This document shows, piece by piece, positions 18,485-27,541 of a stretch of 64,000 bases of DNA. The notes under the pieces were generated by a model, which made no database searches, had not been told where the DNA came from, and saw nothing but the letters and a program-made list of their open reading frames with translations. This DNA comes from Nannocystis bainbridge (GTDB taxonomy: Bacteria; Myxococcota_A; Polyangia; Nannocystales; Nannocystaceae), in the NCBI RefSeq assembly GCF_028368995.1, contig NZ_JAQNDL010000003.1, positions 1,504,001-1,568,000 of the forward strand. The letters run 5' to 3'. The translations under genes and the position numbers were made by a program. The stretch's first letter is position 1. Each line of letters starts with the position of its first letter.

Positions 18485-19363
18485 ATGAGCGCCGCGCCGA
18501 ACGACGACCCGGGGGCCCTGCGCGCGAGCGATCGCCGGCGGTCGCCCGCGGTCGGTCAATCGTTGCAGGAGTACGGGCGCGGCATCGCCGGCGGCCTGCT
18601 CTTCAGCCTGCCGCTGCTCTACACCGGCGAGATCTGGCGGGCGGGCGAGCTGCTCTCGCCGGAGCGGCTGCTGCTCGGCCTCGGCGGCGTGTTCGTCCTG
18701 CTGCTCGGCTACAACCGCTACGCCGGCCTGCGGCAGGACGCCGGTCGGCTCGAGGTCGTGCTCGACTCGGTCGAGGAGCTCGGCCTCGGCCTGTTGCTCT
18801 CGGCCGCGCTGCTCGCCTTGCTCGGGCGCATCGACCTCGCCATGGCCGGGCCGGAGCTGCTCGGCAAGGTGCTCGTGGGCGGGCTCGCGGTGGCGATCGG
18901 CGTCTCGGTCGGCACCGCCCAGCTCGGCGGCGGCGACGACGACGACTGCGGCATGACCGGCGAACGCGACGACCTGAGCTTCTTCGGTCAGATGGCGCTG
19001 TCGCTGTGCGGCGCCGTGCTGGTGGCCGCCAACATCGCCCCGACCGAGGAGATCCCCGAGATCGCGGGCACCCTGCACGAATGGGCCCTGCTCGGCCTCA
19101 CCGTCGTCACTCTGGCCGTCGGCGCGCTCGTCCTCCACTTCAGCGATTTCCTCAACACCCGCCCCGCCGATCGCGCCCACGCCGTGCTGATCGGCTCGCT
19201 CGCCAGCTACGTCGCCGCCATCGTCGCCTCGGTCGCGCTGCTGTGGTTCTTCGGCCGCTTCGATCGCTGCGACCTGCCCGCCTGCCTCGCGCAGACCCTC
19301 GTCCTCGGCCTCCCCACCGCCATCGGCGCGTCCGCCGGGCGCCTGCTCCTGCAAGCACGATGA
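18485..19363 (+). CDS. TIGR02587/DUF2391-type integral membrane protein
   Basis: SLQEYGRGIAGGLLFSLPLLYTGEIW, NIAPTEE, LGLPTAIGASAGRLL. Confidence 0.85.
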   Translation: MSAAPNDDPGALRASDRRRSPAVGQSLQEYGRGIAGGLLFSLPLLYTGEIWRAGELLSPERLLLGLGGVFVLLLGYNRYAGLRQDAGRLEVVLDSVEELGLGLLLSAALLALLGRIDLAMAGPELLGKVLVGGLAVAIGVSVGTAQLGGGDDDDCGMTGERDDLSFFGQMALSLCGAVLVAANIAPTEEIPEIAGTLHEWALLGLTVVTLAVGALVLHFSDFLNTRPADRAHAVLIGSLASYVAAIVASVALLWFFGRFDRCDLPACLAQTLVLGLPTAIGASAGRLLLQAR

Positions 19364-19752
19364 CCATCCGCAAAAATTGGCTCGAATGGAGCGTGTTCGG
19401 CGTCGGCCTCGCGCTGGTGCTCGGGATCGTCGGCTACCTGATCTTCCACGCCGTGTATCACGAGGACCTGCCGCCGCGGCTCGGGCTCACGCTCGGTCAG
19501 AGCTGGCGCTCCGACGACGTCGAGCCGCCGCACTTCGTGGTCCCGGTGACGATCACCAACCACGGCGACCGCACCGTCGCCGACGTGCTGATCGAGGTCA
19601 CGCTGGTCCAGGGCGACACCGTGCTCGAGCGCAACGAGCTGCGCCTGCCCGAGGTCCCGCGCCGCGGGAGCCGCGAAGGCGCCGCGACGCTGCTGCACGA
19701 GCCGGCGCCGAACCAGCTGCGCGCCCGCGTCCTCGGCTACGGCGAGCCGTGA
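19360..19752 (+). CDS. TIGR02588-type small membrane-anchored protein
   Basis: ATGA overlap with the previous gene; KNWLEWSVFGVGLALVLGIVGYL, VPVTITNHGDRT, GYGEP. Confidence 0.8.
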   Translation: MTIRKNWLEWSVFGVGLALVLGIVGYLIFHAVYHEDLPPRLGLTLGQSWRSDDVEPPHFVVPVTITNHGDRTVADVLIEVTLVQGDTVLERNELRLPEVPRRGSREGAATLLHEPAPNQLRARVLGYGEP

Positions 19753-19954
19753 CAGCGCGCGAACGAACGAGCGCGTAGCGGCGTGACATCGAACGGATGA
19801 CCGAGCGCGTCCCGGCTCGTCGGCGTCCGCGAGCTCGGTTCCCGCTCCGACCTCGAATGATTGTCGCATCGACGCGGCAGCGCGCTCGAAATTCCGCCCA
19901 TAGTCGGGCCCCACGGGCCCCACAGCCCTGCGACAATCCTCGAGACTATCGCGA

Positions 19955-22663
19955 TCACCCCGCGCGGGCCTGCGGCCGGAGCTGCGACAGCTGCTGCTCG
20001 ACCTCCGCGAATTCCTGCGCGCGATCCGGGTCGCGCTTCAGCAGCGCCCGCGCCTGCTCGAGCGCCACCCTCGCGGCTCCTACCTCGCCGGTGCCCTGCA
20101 GCGCCAGCGCCTTGTTGCGCAGCACCAGCAGCAGCAATTCTTCGCCGGGCTCTCCGGCCGCGCGCGCCACCGGCTCCGCCGCCGCGAACCGCTGCAGCGC
20201 CTCCGGATGGCGCTGCAGCGCCACCAAGCTCTCGCCGAGGTTGCTCTCGGTGATCGCGCGGTGCAGATGTCCCTCGGGCAACACGCGCTCTTGCAGCCGC
20301 AGCGCCTCCGCGTAGGCCGGCACCGCCCCGCTGAAGTCCCCGCGCCAGTGCAGCACCGCCCCCAGGTTGACCAGCGCCGCTGCCAGATCGGGGTGCTCCG
20401 CCGGCAGCACCTGGCGGTAGATCGCCAGCGCCTGGCGGGCGTGGTGCTCGGCCCGACCGAGCTCCCCCGTCGCGCTCGCCTGGCCCATCAGCGACGCGTG
20501 GGCCCGCCCGCACTCGACGCAGCTCGCCCCGTACGTCTCGCTCCAGATCGCCAGCGCCTCCTCGAGCAGCGCCCGCGCCCGCGCCTGCTCGCCGCCCTCG
20601 AGCAGCAGCACCGCGAGGTCGTGAGACACCCGCGCGCGCTGGGGATGACGCGGGCCGAGCTGCTCCGCGCACAGCCCCTGCGCCTCGACCAGCCGCGCCT
20701 CGGCCTCGTCGCGGCGGCCCAGCAGCGCCAGCGCGTTACCCAGGCTCTGCAGCGAGCGGATCAGCTCGAGCGTCGGCCCCTCGCTGAAGCGCAGCCGCGC
20801 GTACGCCTCGCGGTGCAGGCCGACCGCCTCGGCGAAGCGACCCTCGGCCGCGGCCGCCACCCCGAGCGCGTTGAGCAGCGTGGCTCGCCGCGGCCCCTCG
20901 TCGCCCAGCCGATCGAGCAGCGCCTGGGCCCGGCGCGCGCGCTCGTGCATGCGCTCGGGGCTCACGCGCAGGCGCGCGGCCACTGTCGCCAGCGCGACCC
21001 ATCCGCTCGCCGTGATGTCGTCGAGCCCGTGCGCCTCGGCGACATCGATCGCCGCCAGCAGGCGCGTCTCGGCCGCCACGATCTCGCCGTCCTCCGCGCG
21101 CAGGCGGCCCGCCGTCAGCAACGCGTCGGCCGCGAGCGCCGGCTCGTCGAGCCCCTGCGCCCGCGCCCCCACCTGCTCCGCCAGCCGCAGGCCCTCGCGC
21201 CGGTCACCCGCCGCCGCCTGCGCCCGCGCGGCGATCAACGCCCGCCGCAGCTCGTCGCGGACGCCTGACTTTTCGGACATGTCCCTTGCGACATTGGCGG
21301 CTTGCGCCTTGCAGCCGGCGATCGGCGGCAGCGCCTGGACCACCGCCATCGCCTGCTCCGCGTCCGCCCCGCCCGCGAACGCCAGCACCTCGGCCGCGCG
21401 CCCCAGCCCCTCCGCCGCCTGCCCGAGGCAATCGAGCTGCGCGTGCAGCTGCGCCGCCGCGCTCGCCGACAGCGCCGTCGTCGCCTCGCAGGCCCGCAGG
21501 CGCGCCTGCTGCCATTCGTCGGCGTACGCGTCGAGCGCGAGCGCGACGCGCCGCCCAGCCGCGCGCGCGTACTCGCCGGGCCCCGCGAAGCTGGCCTCCA
21601 GGGCCGCGCGCTGCGGATCGCCCCACGCGCGATCGATGCGCTGGATCGCCGCCTCGCACGAGGCCGCCCGCGGCTTGCCGCCGTCCGACGCCATCAGCCC
21701 CGCGAAGCCCCCGATCACCACCAGCGCCGCCGCCAGGCCGACCCGACGCCACCACCGCCCCGGGTCGCGCCCCAGCGCGGCGATCAGCGGCTCGAGCGAC
21801 GCGTAGCGCTGGCTCGCCGCCGGCGCCAGCCCGCGCGCCAGCGCTCGATCGATGCGCCGCGGCACCTCGCGTCTGCGCGTCGCCGTCGCCTCCGGCTTCG
21901 ACCCCGGGCGCTGCCCGTGCAGCGCCTCGTGGAGCGACACGCAGAAGCTGTAGATGTCGCTGCGCACGTCCGGCGGCCGGCCGGCGCGCTGCTCCGGCGC
22001 CATGTAGGCCGGCGTCCCGACCACCGCCCCGGTCCGCGTCAGCGGTGAATCGGACGACAGCGACAGCGCCGGCGAAGCCCCCTCGACGCCGCCCTCCAGC
22101 GCCACGCCGGTCGGCCGCGCCAGCCCGAAGTCGACCACGTACACGCGCTCGTCGTCGCCGACCAGCACGTTCTCGGCCTTGAAGTCGCGGTGCACCAGGC
22201 CGGCCGCGTGGGCCGCTTGCAGCCCGCGCGCCGCCGCCACGTACTTGGCGACCGTGGCCCGCCACGTCCGCGGCCGCTCGCGCTGCCAGGCCCGCAGCGT
22301 CTGCCCGTGGATCCGCGCCATCACGATGTAGATCTGGCCGCGGAACTGCCCGATCTCGTGGATCTCCACCACGTTCGGGTGACGCACCTGCGCCAGCAGC
22401 CGGGCCTCGCGCAGCAGCCGGCTCTCGAGCGAGCCGGGGCCGTCCACCCGCGCCAGCTTGATCGCCACCTCGCGCCCGAGCATCGGGTCGTGCGCCGCCC
22501 ACACCGTCCCCATGCCGCCGGCGCCGATGCGTCCGAGCACGCGATAGCGGCCGATCGCCAGCAGCTCCGACGAGTCGGAGCACGGCTCGCTCGGCGGTCG
22601 CCCCGACGCGTCGATCGTGTCGAGCTCGACGAGCGGCTTGCTCTCGCGGGTGGTCGTCTCCAC
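19955..22663 (-). CDS. Membrane Ser/Thr kinase with C-terminal TPR repeats
   Basis: [36 protein letters not shown] helix, TPR repeats ([22 protein letters not shown]). Confidence 0.93.
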   Translation of the reverse strand: METTTRESKPLVELDTIDASGRPPSEPCSDSSELLAIGRYRVLGRIGAGGMGTVWAAHDPMLGREVAIKLARVDGPGSLESRLLREARLLAQVRHPNVVEIHEIGQFRGQIYIVMARIHGQTLRAWQRERPRTWRATVAKYVAAARGLQAAHAAGLVHRDFKAENVLVGDDERVYVVDFGLARPTGVALEGGVEGASPALSLSSDSPLTRTGAVVGTPAYMAPEQRAGRPPDVRSDIYSFCVSLHEALHGQRPGSKPEATATRRREVPRRIDRALARGLAPAASQRYASLEPLIAALGRDPGRWWRRVGLAAALVVIGGFAGLMASDGGKPRAASCEAAIQRIDRAWGDPQRAALEASFAGPGEYARAAGRRVALALDAYADEWQQARLRACEATTALSASAAAQLHAQLDCLGQAAEGLGRAAEVLAFAGGADAEQAMAVVQALPPIAGCKAQAANVARDMSEKSGVRDELRRALIAARAQAAAGDRREGLRLAEQVGARAQGLDEPALAADALLTAGRLRAEDGEIVAAETRLLAAIDVAEAHGLDDITASGWVALATVAARLRVSPERMHERARRAQALLDRLGDEGPRRATLLNALGVAAAAEGRFAEAVGLHREAYARLRFSEGPTLELIRSLQSLGNALALLGRRDEAEARLVEAQGLCAEQLGPRHPQRARVSHDLAVLLLEGGEQARARALLEEALAIWSETYGASCVECGRAHASLMGQASATGELGRAEHHARQALAIYRQVLPAEHPDLAAALVNLGAVLHWRGDFSGAVPAYAEALRLQERVLPEGHLHRAITESNLGESLVALQRHPEALQRFAAAEPVARAAGEPGEELLLLVLRNKALALQGTGEVGAARVALEQARALLKRDPDRAQEFAEVEQQLSQLRPQARAG
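21266..21293. repeat. TGTC-N6-GACA array (2 units) inside kinase-TPR linker
   Basis: TGAC TTTTCG GACA TGTC CCTTGC GACA. Confidence 0.75.
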
Positions 22664-22827
22664 GGCCTCGTGGCGCCTCGAAGCGCGCGGATCTCCTCGA
22701 AAATCGCGGTAACACGAGGATCGCGGCCTGACAAGGTCTCAGGGTGCGCGCGCACCGAAGATCTTGCGTCCGCGTCAGCCCCTGCAGGCGTCACGACCGC
22801 GCGCTCTTGATATAGAGTTCGCCCCCG

Positions 22828-23217
22828 ATGGCCAACTACACATCGACGATTCCAGTCCAGATCAGCGAGGTCACCAGCGGCGCCAGCTATGTGCTGGTGC
22901 TCGACACCGACGCTGCGGCCGCGTCACCCCAGCTCAATCCGCGCGACCAGGTCACGGCGAGCACCACCGGCACCTCGGTCCTGGTCACCGTCGATTCGAC
23001 CGGTGGCGCGCCCACGATCACCGACGTGGTCGCCATCCCGATCGACGGCGCCCCGTCGGTCTCGTTCACCGGCAGCGCCGGCGTGTACACGGCCAACTTC
23101 CCGGCCACCCTGACCACCTACTACTCGTGGCGCATCGAGGTCACGGTCGACGCCGAGGCGCGCCTCGGCAAGGCGCTCGTGCTCGACCCGATCCTCATCA
23201 TCCGCCGCACCAACTGA
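22828..23217 (+). CDS. Small all-beta hypothetical protein (C-terminal DP motif)
   Basis: Strong GC3 codon bias; beta-rich 129 aa ending VLDPILIIRRTN; followed by a hairpin. Confidence 0.75.
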   Translation: MANYTSTIPVQISEVTSGASYVLVLDTDAAAASPQLNPRDQVTASTTGTSVLVTVDSTGGAPTITDVVAIPIDGAPSVSFTGSAGVYTANFPATLTTYYSWRIEVTVDAEARLGKALVLDPILIIRRTN

Positions 23218-23232
23218 TCGCGGACCTGCGAT

Positions 23233-23268
23233 GATTCCGCGGATCGCACTGCGGCGATTCGCGGAATC
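23233..23268 (+). terminator. 15-bp stem-loop downstream of 22828..23217
   Basis: GATTCCGCGGATCGC-ACTGCG-GCGATTCGCGGAATC (one G-U pair); short U tract. Confidence 0.55.
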
Positions 23269-23270
23269 TT

Positions 23271-23302
23271 CACATGGCCTTTTGAACATGTCTACGAAGA
23301 CA
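23271..23302. repeat. TGTC-N6-GACA array (2 units)
   Basis: CACA TGGC CTTTTG AACA TGTC TACGAA GACA. Confidence 0.7.
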
Positions 23303-23352
23303 GCCTGCGTCATGCAATAGAACGTCGCGCCGCGGGGTTCTCTCGCTCCCGC

Positions 23353-24168
23353 ATGTCGCTCTCGCCTCGCCTCGCCCTCGCCTGCGCCCTGCTCACGCCC
23401 GCCTGCGCCGGCCGTCGCGCGCCGGCTCCGCTCACCCAGGCAGCACTGCGGTCCGAGCTCGACCGACACACCTGCGCGCGCTGGGAGCCCTCGGTCAAGC
23501 AGTGGAGCCTGCTCCTGTTCGACCCCGACTGCGAGCCTGCGCCGCCGTCCGGTGACCCTGCGAAGCTCGTGCACGCCGCCGTCGCTCGCCTGCGGCCGCT
23601 CGTGTTCCTCTCGACCGCGGTCTACGACCGCTTCTACGACGCCCCCGGGGCCGCGGCGCTGCCCCCCGCGACGGCCCAGCGCCGCGCCGACGCCGTCGTG
23701 TGGTCCGACCCCGACCTCACCGCGGCGATCTGGCGCGCCCTCGCCGTCGAGCTCGGCGCGCGCGGCCTCGCGTGCAGCGACTGCCCGCCCGGCCCCGCGC
23801 CCGCGCCCGTCACGATCGCCTGGGCCGACCTCTTCCCGTACCTCGCCGCCTACGTCTGGCCGGCGCAGGCCAGCCCGGACGCCCCGGTGCAGATCTTCAC
23901 CTGCAGCGGCATCCACGGCGCCGCTGCCCTGCCCGAAGCGCCCGCGCTCACGCAGGCCGGCAAGCTCGTCGCCCTCGCCTTCGCCGACGACCCGGCCCAC
24001 GGACGCGAGATCCACGACCTCGCTGGCGCCGGCTCGTTGGCCGACGTCACGCGAGCCGTGCGCGACTACCTCGATTCGCCGCCGAGCCGGCGCTTCGCCT
24101 GCGCCGCCCTGGCCGACGTCGCCTGGTACACCGGCCTGCGGATCACCGACTGCGACGCCGCCGGATGA
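23353..24168 (+). CDS. Hypothetical lipoprotein
   Basis: Signal MSLSPRLALACALLTPAC; normal codon bias; several Cys. Confidence 0.75.
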   Translation: MSLSPRLALACALLTPACAGRRAPAPLTQAALRSELDRHTCARWEPSVKQWSLLLFDPDCEPAPPSGDPAKLVHAAVARLRPLVFLSTAVYDRFYDAPGAAALPPATAQRRADAVVWSDPDLTAAIWRALAVELGARGLACSDCPPGPAPAPVTIAWADLFPYLAAYVWPAQASPDAPVQIFTCSGIHGAAALPEAPALTQAGKLVALAFADDPAHGREIHDLAGAGSLADVTRAVRDYLDSPPSRRFACAALADVAWYTGLRITDCDAAG

Positions 24169-24184
24169 TGCGGTCGTCATCAAA

Positions 24185-24226
24185 TGTCTTCAAGGACATG
24201 CCCTTCACGACATGTCCTTGGCGACA
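24185..24226. repeat. TGTC-N6-GACA array (3 units) between convergent genes
   Basis: TGTC TTCAAG GACA TGCC CTTCAC GACA TGTC CTTGGC GACA. Confidence 0.85.
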
Positions 24227-24281
24227 TCTGCCAGTGATGCCCGCGACGCCCCGATGACGCGAGGCGTCGCGGCTCATTCGC

Positions 24282-25916
24282 TCAGCGGATCCAGATGTGA
24301 CCGGCCGTGTTGTAGATCATCGGGCCTGCCGCGAAGCCGGACGGCGTCCGCCACGGCGCGTCGACGCCCGGGGCCACGTCGCAGCCCGACGTGTAGTACG
24401 ACTGCGCGCCGAAGCCGGCCGCGTCGTTGAGGGTGTTGATGTTGTTCTCGTTGTTGAGCACCAGCCCGAAGCGCACGCGCGCGTCGTAGCACGATTGGTC
24501 GTCGTCGATGTTGATGCCGGTGGCGATGTACATCGGGGCGATCGACGCCTCGGCCAGCGTGCGGCCCTGGATCGTCAGCCACTTGACCTTCTCCGCCTGG
24601 GCCTCGTTGAAGTAGAGCCCCTTCATGGCGATGTCCGAGCCGACCGGCGTATTTTTAAACAGGTCGAGCAGCGTCGTCGTGCCCGGCAGCGCGTAGGACT
24701 TGCAGGCGTAGGCCTTGGTCACCGGGTGCTGCATGCAGCCGCGGATCTCGCCGCCCGGCAGCACGTTGTAGGCCTGGAACTTGCCGTCGAGCGTGTCGGT
24801 CGGCGACTTCAACGCCTCGTTGACGACCGTCACCGTCGTCCAGTGCGGCGAATAGAAATCGAACGTGCCCTGCGCCGGCGCGAAGCGGATCGCCAGCGCC
24901 CAGCCGCCGCCGTCGGTCGTCATGTCGCACCACACCTCGAACGACGCGCCCGGGCCGGCGCCGTCGGCGTCGATCGTGTAGAGCCCGTTGGCCGCGTTCG
25001 GCTGGGCCTGCTTGATCGCCTTGCAGCTGGCCGAGACCACGCACTGATTCTGGTCGCAGCTGCCGCTCCCGCAGTCGCTGCCCTGCTCGCAGCCCTCGGC
25101 CAGCTCGCACGGCGCGCAGTCGGGCCCGCCGCAGTCGACATCGGACTCCGCGCCGCTCTCGATCCCGTCCTGACAGCTCGGCGGGGCGCACAGGGTCGTG
25201 CACGCGTCGGTGTCGTCGGCGTTGCCGTCGTCGCAGGTCTCGACCCCCGCGTGCACGAACCCGTCGCCGCAGCTGGCCGCCGCGCAGGTGCTGAGGCACG
25301 CGTCGGTGTCGATCGCGTTGCCGTCGTCGCACGCCTCGCCGACCTGGATCGCCCCGTCGCCGCACGACGCCGGCGCGCAGTCGTTGTTGCAGTCGTCGGC
25401 GTCGACCTCGTTGCCGTCGTCGCACGCCTCGCCGGGCCCGACGAAGCCGTCGCCGCAGCTGGCGTTCTGGCAGCCCTCGACGCACGTGTCCGTGTTGTCG
25501 TCGTTGCCGTCGTCGCACGCCTCGTCGCCCTCGACCTGGCCGTCGCCGCACACCGGCGGCGGCCCGTCGGTCGTCGAGGTCGAGGTCGTCTCGCCGTCGG
25601 TCGTGCTCGTCGTGCCCGTCGTCGTCGTCGTGTCAGTCGTGCTCGTCGTCGTCGTCGTCTCGGCGTCGGTCGTCGTCGAAAGCGAGCTCGAGCTGGTCGC
25701 GTCACCCGAGGCGCTGCCGTCGGTCGGCACCGTGGAGGTGCTGGTAGTCGGCGCCGTGGTCGCCTCGGTGGGCGTGCCCGTCGTCGTCTCCACCGTCGTC
25801 GTCTCGGTCCCGGTGCCCGTCTCGGTCGCGCTGGTCACGGTCGCCACGCCGTCCCCGTTGCACGCGATCAGCGAACACATCCCCCACGCCGCGGCCCTCA
25901 CAAGCTGTCTTTTCAT
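24282..25916 (-). CDS. Lipoprotein with Thr stalk, Cys-rich repeats (DUF4215-like) and fibrinogen-like C-terminal domain
   Basis: RBS + ATG 25916, lipobox LIAC, four CGDG..CDDGN repeats, ESDVDCGG, VWCDMTTDGGGWAL. Confidence 0.88.
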   Translation of the reverse strand: MKRQLVRAAAWGMCSLIACNGDGVATVTSATETGTGTETTTVETTTGTPTEATTAPTTSTSTVPTDGSASGDATSSSSLSTTTDAETTTTTSTTDTTTTTGTTSTTDGETTSTSTTDGPPPVCGDGQVEGDEACDDGNDDNTDTCVEGCQNASCGDGFVGPGEACDDGNEVDADDCNNDCAPASCGDGAIQVGEACDDGNAIDTDACLSTCAAASCGDGFVHAGVETCDDGNADDTDACTTLCAPPSCQDGIESGAESDVDCGGPDCAPCELAEGCEQGSDCGSGSCDQNQCVVSASCKAIKQAQPNAANGLYTIDADGAGPGASFEVWCDMTTDGGGWALAIRFAPAQGTFDFYSPHWTTVTVVNEALKSPTDTLDGKFQAYNVLPGGEIRGCMQHPVTKAYACKSYALPGTTTLLDLFKNTPVGSDIAMKGLYFNEAQAEKVKWLTIQGRTLAEASIAPMYIATGINIDDDQSCYDARVRFGLVLNNENNINTLNDAAGFGAQSYYTSGCDVAPGVDAPWRTPSGFAAGPMIYNTAGHIWIR

Positions 25917-26207
25917 CGATCCTCGCCTCCCTACAATCCGCACGACGGGTAGTCCGAGGCGCCCTTCCCTGTCAAGGACGGGGCCCCCGGCGACGCACGC
26001 GCCGTGACGCAGCGCAGAGCATCATCCATGAGCTCGCCGAGTGCGCGCCCGGTCGTCCGCATGGAGCCGCCCCGGAGCGTGCTTTCGAGCCTGCGCGAAC
26101 GAGGGCCTCCTTTGCGACAGCAGGGCGCGAGCCGCAGGAGCTCATGCGACGGTTCGCCCCGAGGCCCCGGCCGAGCTGGCTTCGACCGACGACGCGCCCG
26201 GCGTCAC

Positions 26208-26229
26208 AACATGTCCCAAGAGACATGTC
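26208..26229. repeat. TGTC-N6-GACA array
   Basis: AACA TGTC CCAAGA GACA TGTC. Confidence 0.8.
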
Positions 26230-26245
26230 GAAGCGCCGGCTCGCC

Positions 26246-26581
26246 TCACGCGAACGAGCGCACGGCCTCGTCCTCGCTCTCGTGGACCTCGAACACCGAC
26301 AGCAGCCGCGTGATCAGGAGGACGTCGTGCACCCTGGGCGGCACGGCCGCGAGCTTGAGCCTGGCGTTCTGGTTGTTGGCGGTCGTGTAGGCGCTGACCA
26401 GCTCGCCGATGCCGGACGAATCCACCGTCGTCACCTCGGACAGGTTGAGCACGAGCTTGCGCGCGCCGTTGTCGAGGGCGGCCCGCACGGCGTCCCGTAG
26501 GGTGGAGCCGGTCTCGATGGTGAGCTTGCCGCGCGGCGCGAGCACCGTGACGTCTTCGAGCTGTCGGGTCGTGATGGTCAT
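26246..26581 (-). CDS. STAS-domain anti-sigma factor antagonist (RsbV/SpoIIAA-like)
   Basis: LVLNLSEVTTVDSSGIGELV, ITRLLSVFEVHESEDEAV. Confidence 0.92.
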   Translation of the reverse strand: MTITTRQLEDVTVLAPRGKLTIETGSTLRDAVRAALDNGARKLVLNLSEVTTVDSSGIGELVSAYTTANNQNARLKLAAVPPRVHDVLLITRLLSVFEVHESEDEAVRSFA

Positions 26582-27045
26582 ACCTTGTCTCCTTGTTGTT
26601 CGCGGATCGGGACGAAAGGACGCGGGGCCGCGAATCGCGAGCGCAGGACCACCGAAGTCCCGCCGCCCGCCCGCGGCACGAAGCGAGCATCGTCGACGAG
26701 GTGGCGGATCAGGAACACGCCGCGTCCGTCGGGCCGCAGCCGCCGCGCCGGCTCGCGTGGGTCCGCGAGCCGGGCGGCGTCGAAGCCCTCGCCGCGGTCC
26801 TCGACCCGCACGACGAGCTGACCGTCGCGCGCCTCCGCGGTGAGCGTCACCGATTTATCGGGGTCTTCGCGGTTGCCGTGCACGATCGCGTTGGCCACCG
26901 CCTCGCGCACCGCGAGGTCGATGCTCCACTGCGTCTCGGCGTCGACGCCCGCGCTCCGCATGAACTCGCCCAGCGGCTGCTGGACGGCCTCCACGCTGCG
27001 CCTGCGGCTGGCGAGGGTCAGCTGAATGGAAGGACCTGCTGCCAC
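26578..27045 (-). CDS. Anti-sigma factor Ser kinase (RsbW-like HATPase)
   Basis: LAVREAVANAIVHGN, VEDRGEGFD, GRGVFLIRHLVD; overlaps the STAS gene by 4 bp. Confidence 0.9.
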   Translation of the reverse strand: MAAGPSIQLTLASRRRSVEAVQQPLGEFMRSAGVDAETQWSIDLAVREAVANAIVHGNREDPDKSVTLTAEARDGQLVVRVEDRGEGFDAARLADPREPARRLRPDGRGVFLIRHLVDDARFVPRAGGGTSVVLRSRFAAPRPFVPIREQQGDKV

Positions 27046-27541
27046 GGGCCGCCAACCCTAGCATGGCCCACCACGCCCGCCACGCGCATGAATGCGCCGC
27101 CGCTCTCTTCCTTTCATGATGGTCGCGGCTCGGGCAATCGTCCGCTCGCCCACCGCTGATTCGCTGACATCGCGCGCGACATGGCCTTTGCGAGCGAAGG
27201 TCCGCTTCGCCCTCGCTCGAAATCATGAGAGCACGGCCGAGCCCGGTAGCACCCAACCCTGCCACACGAGTTCGCAGGGTTCAGATCCGTCGCGCGAAGC
27301 GGGTTCGTGCGCATCGAGCCTCACGGGCGAGCGGCGCACCGATGGCGACGCGAGGGTAGATCTCGCAGCACAGGGCCGAGGCCCCGGCGAGCGCCCACCA
27401 CGCCGCCCGCCCGCGCACGGCCGACGACCCCACGCACTCGCTCGCGAGGACGCCGAGGCGCTTCGACTCGCGCGGTCATCGCGGGCCGCGGCTGGCCGAT
27501 CGGTCGCACAGCCCCACCGTCCTCGACTATTCTGTTCGCGC

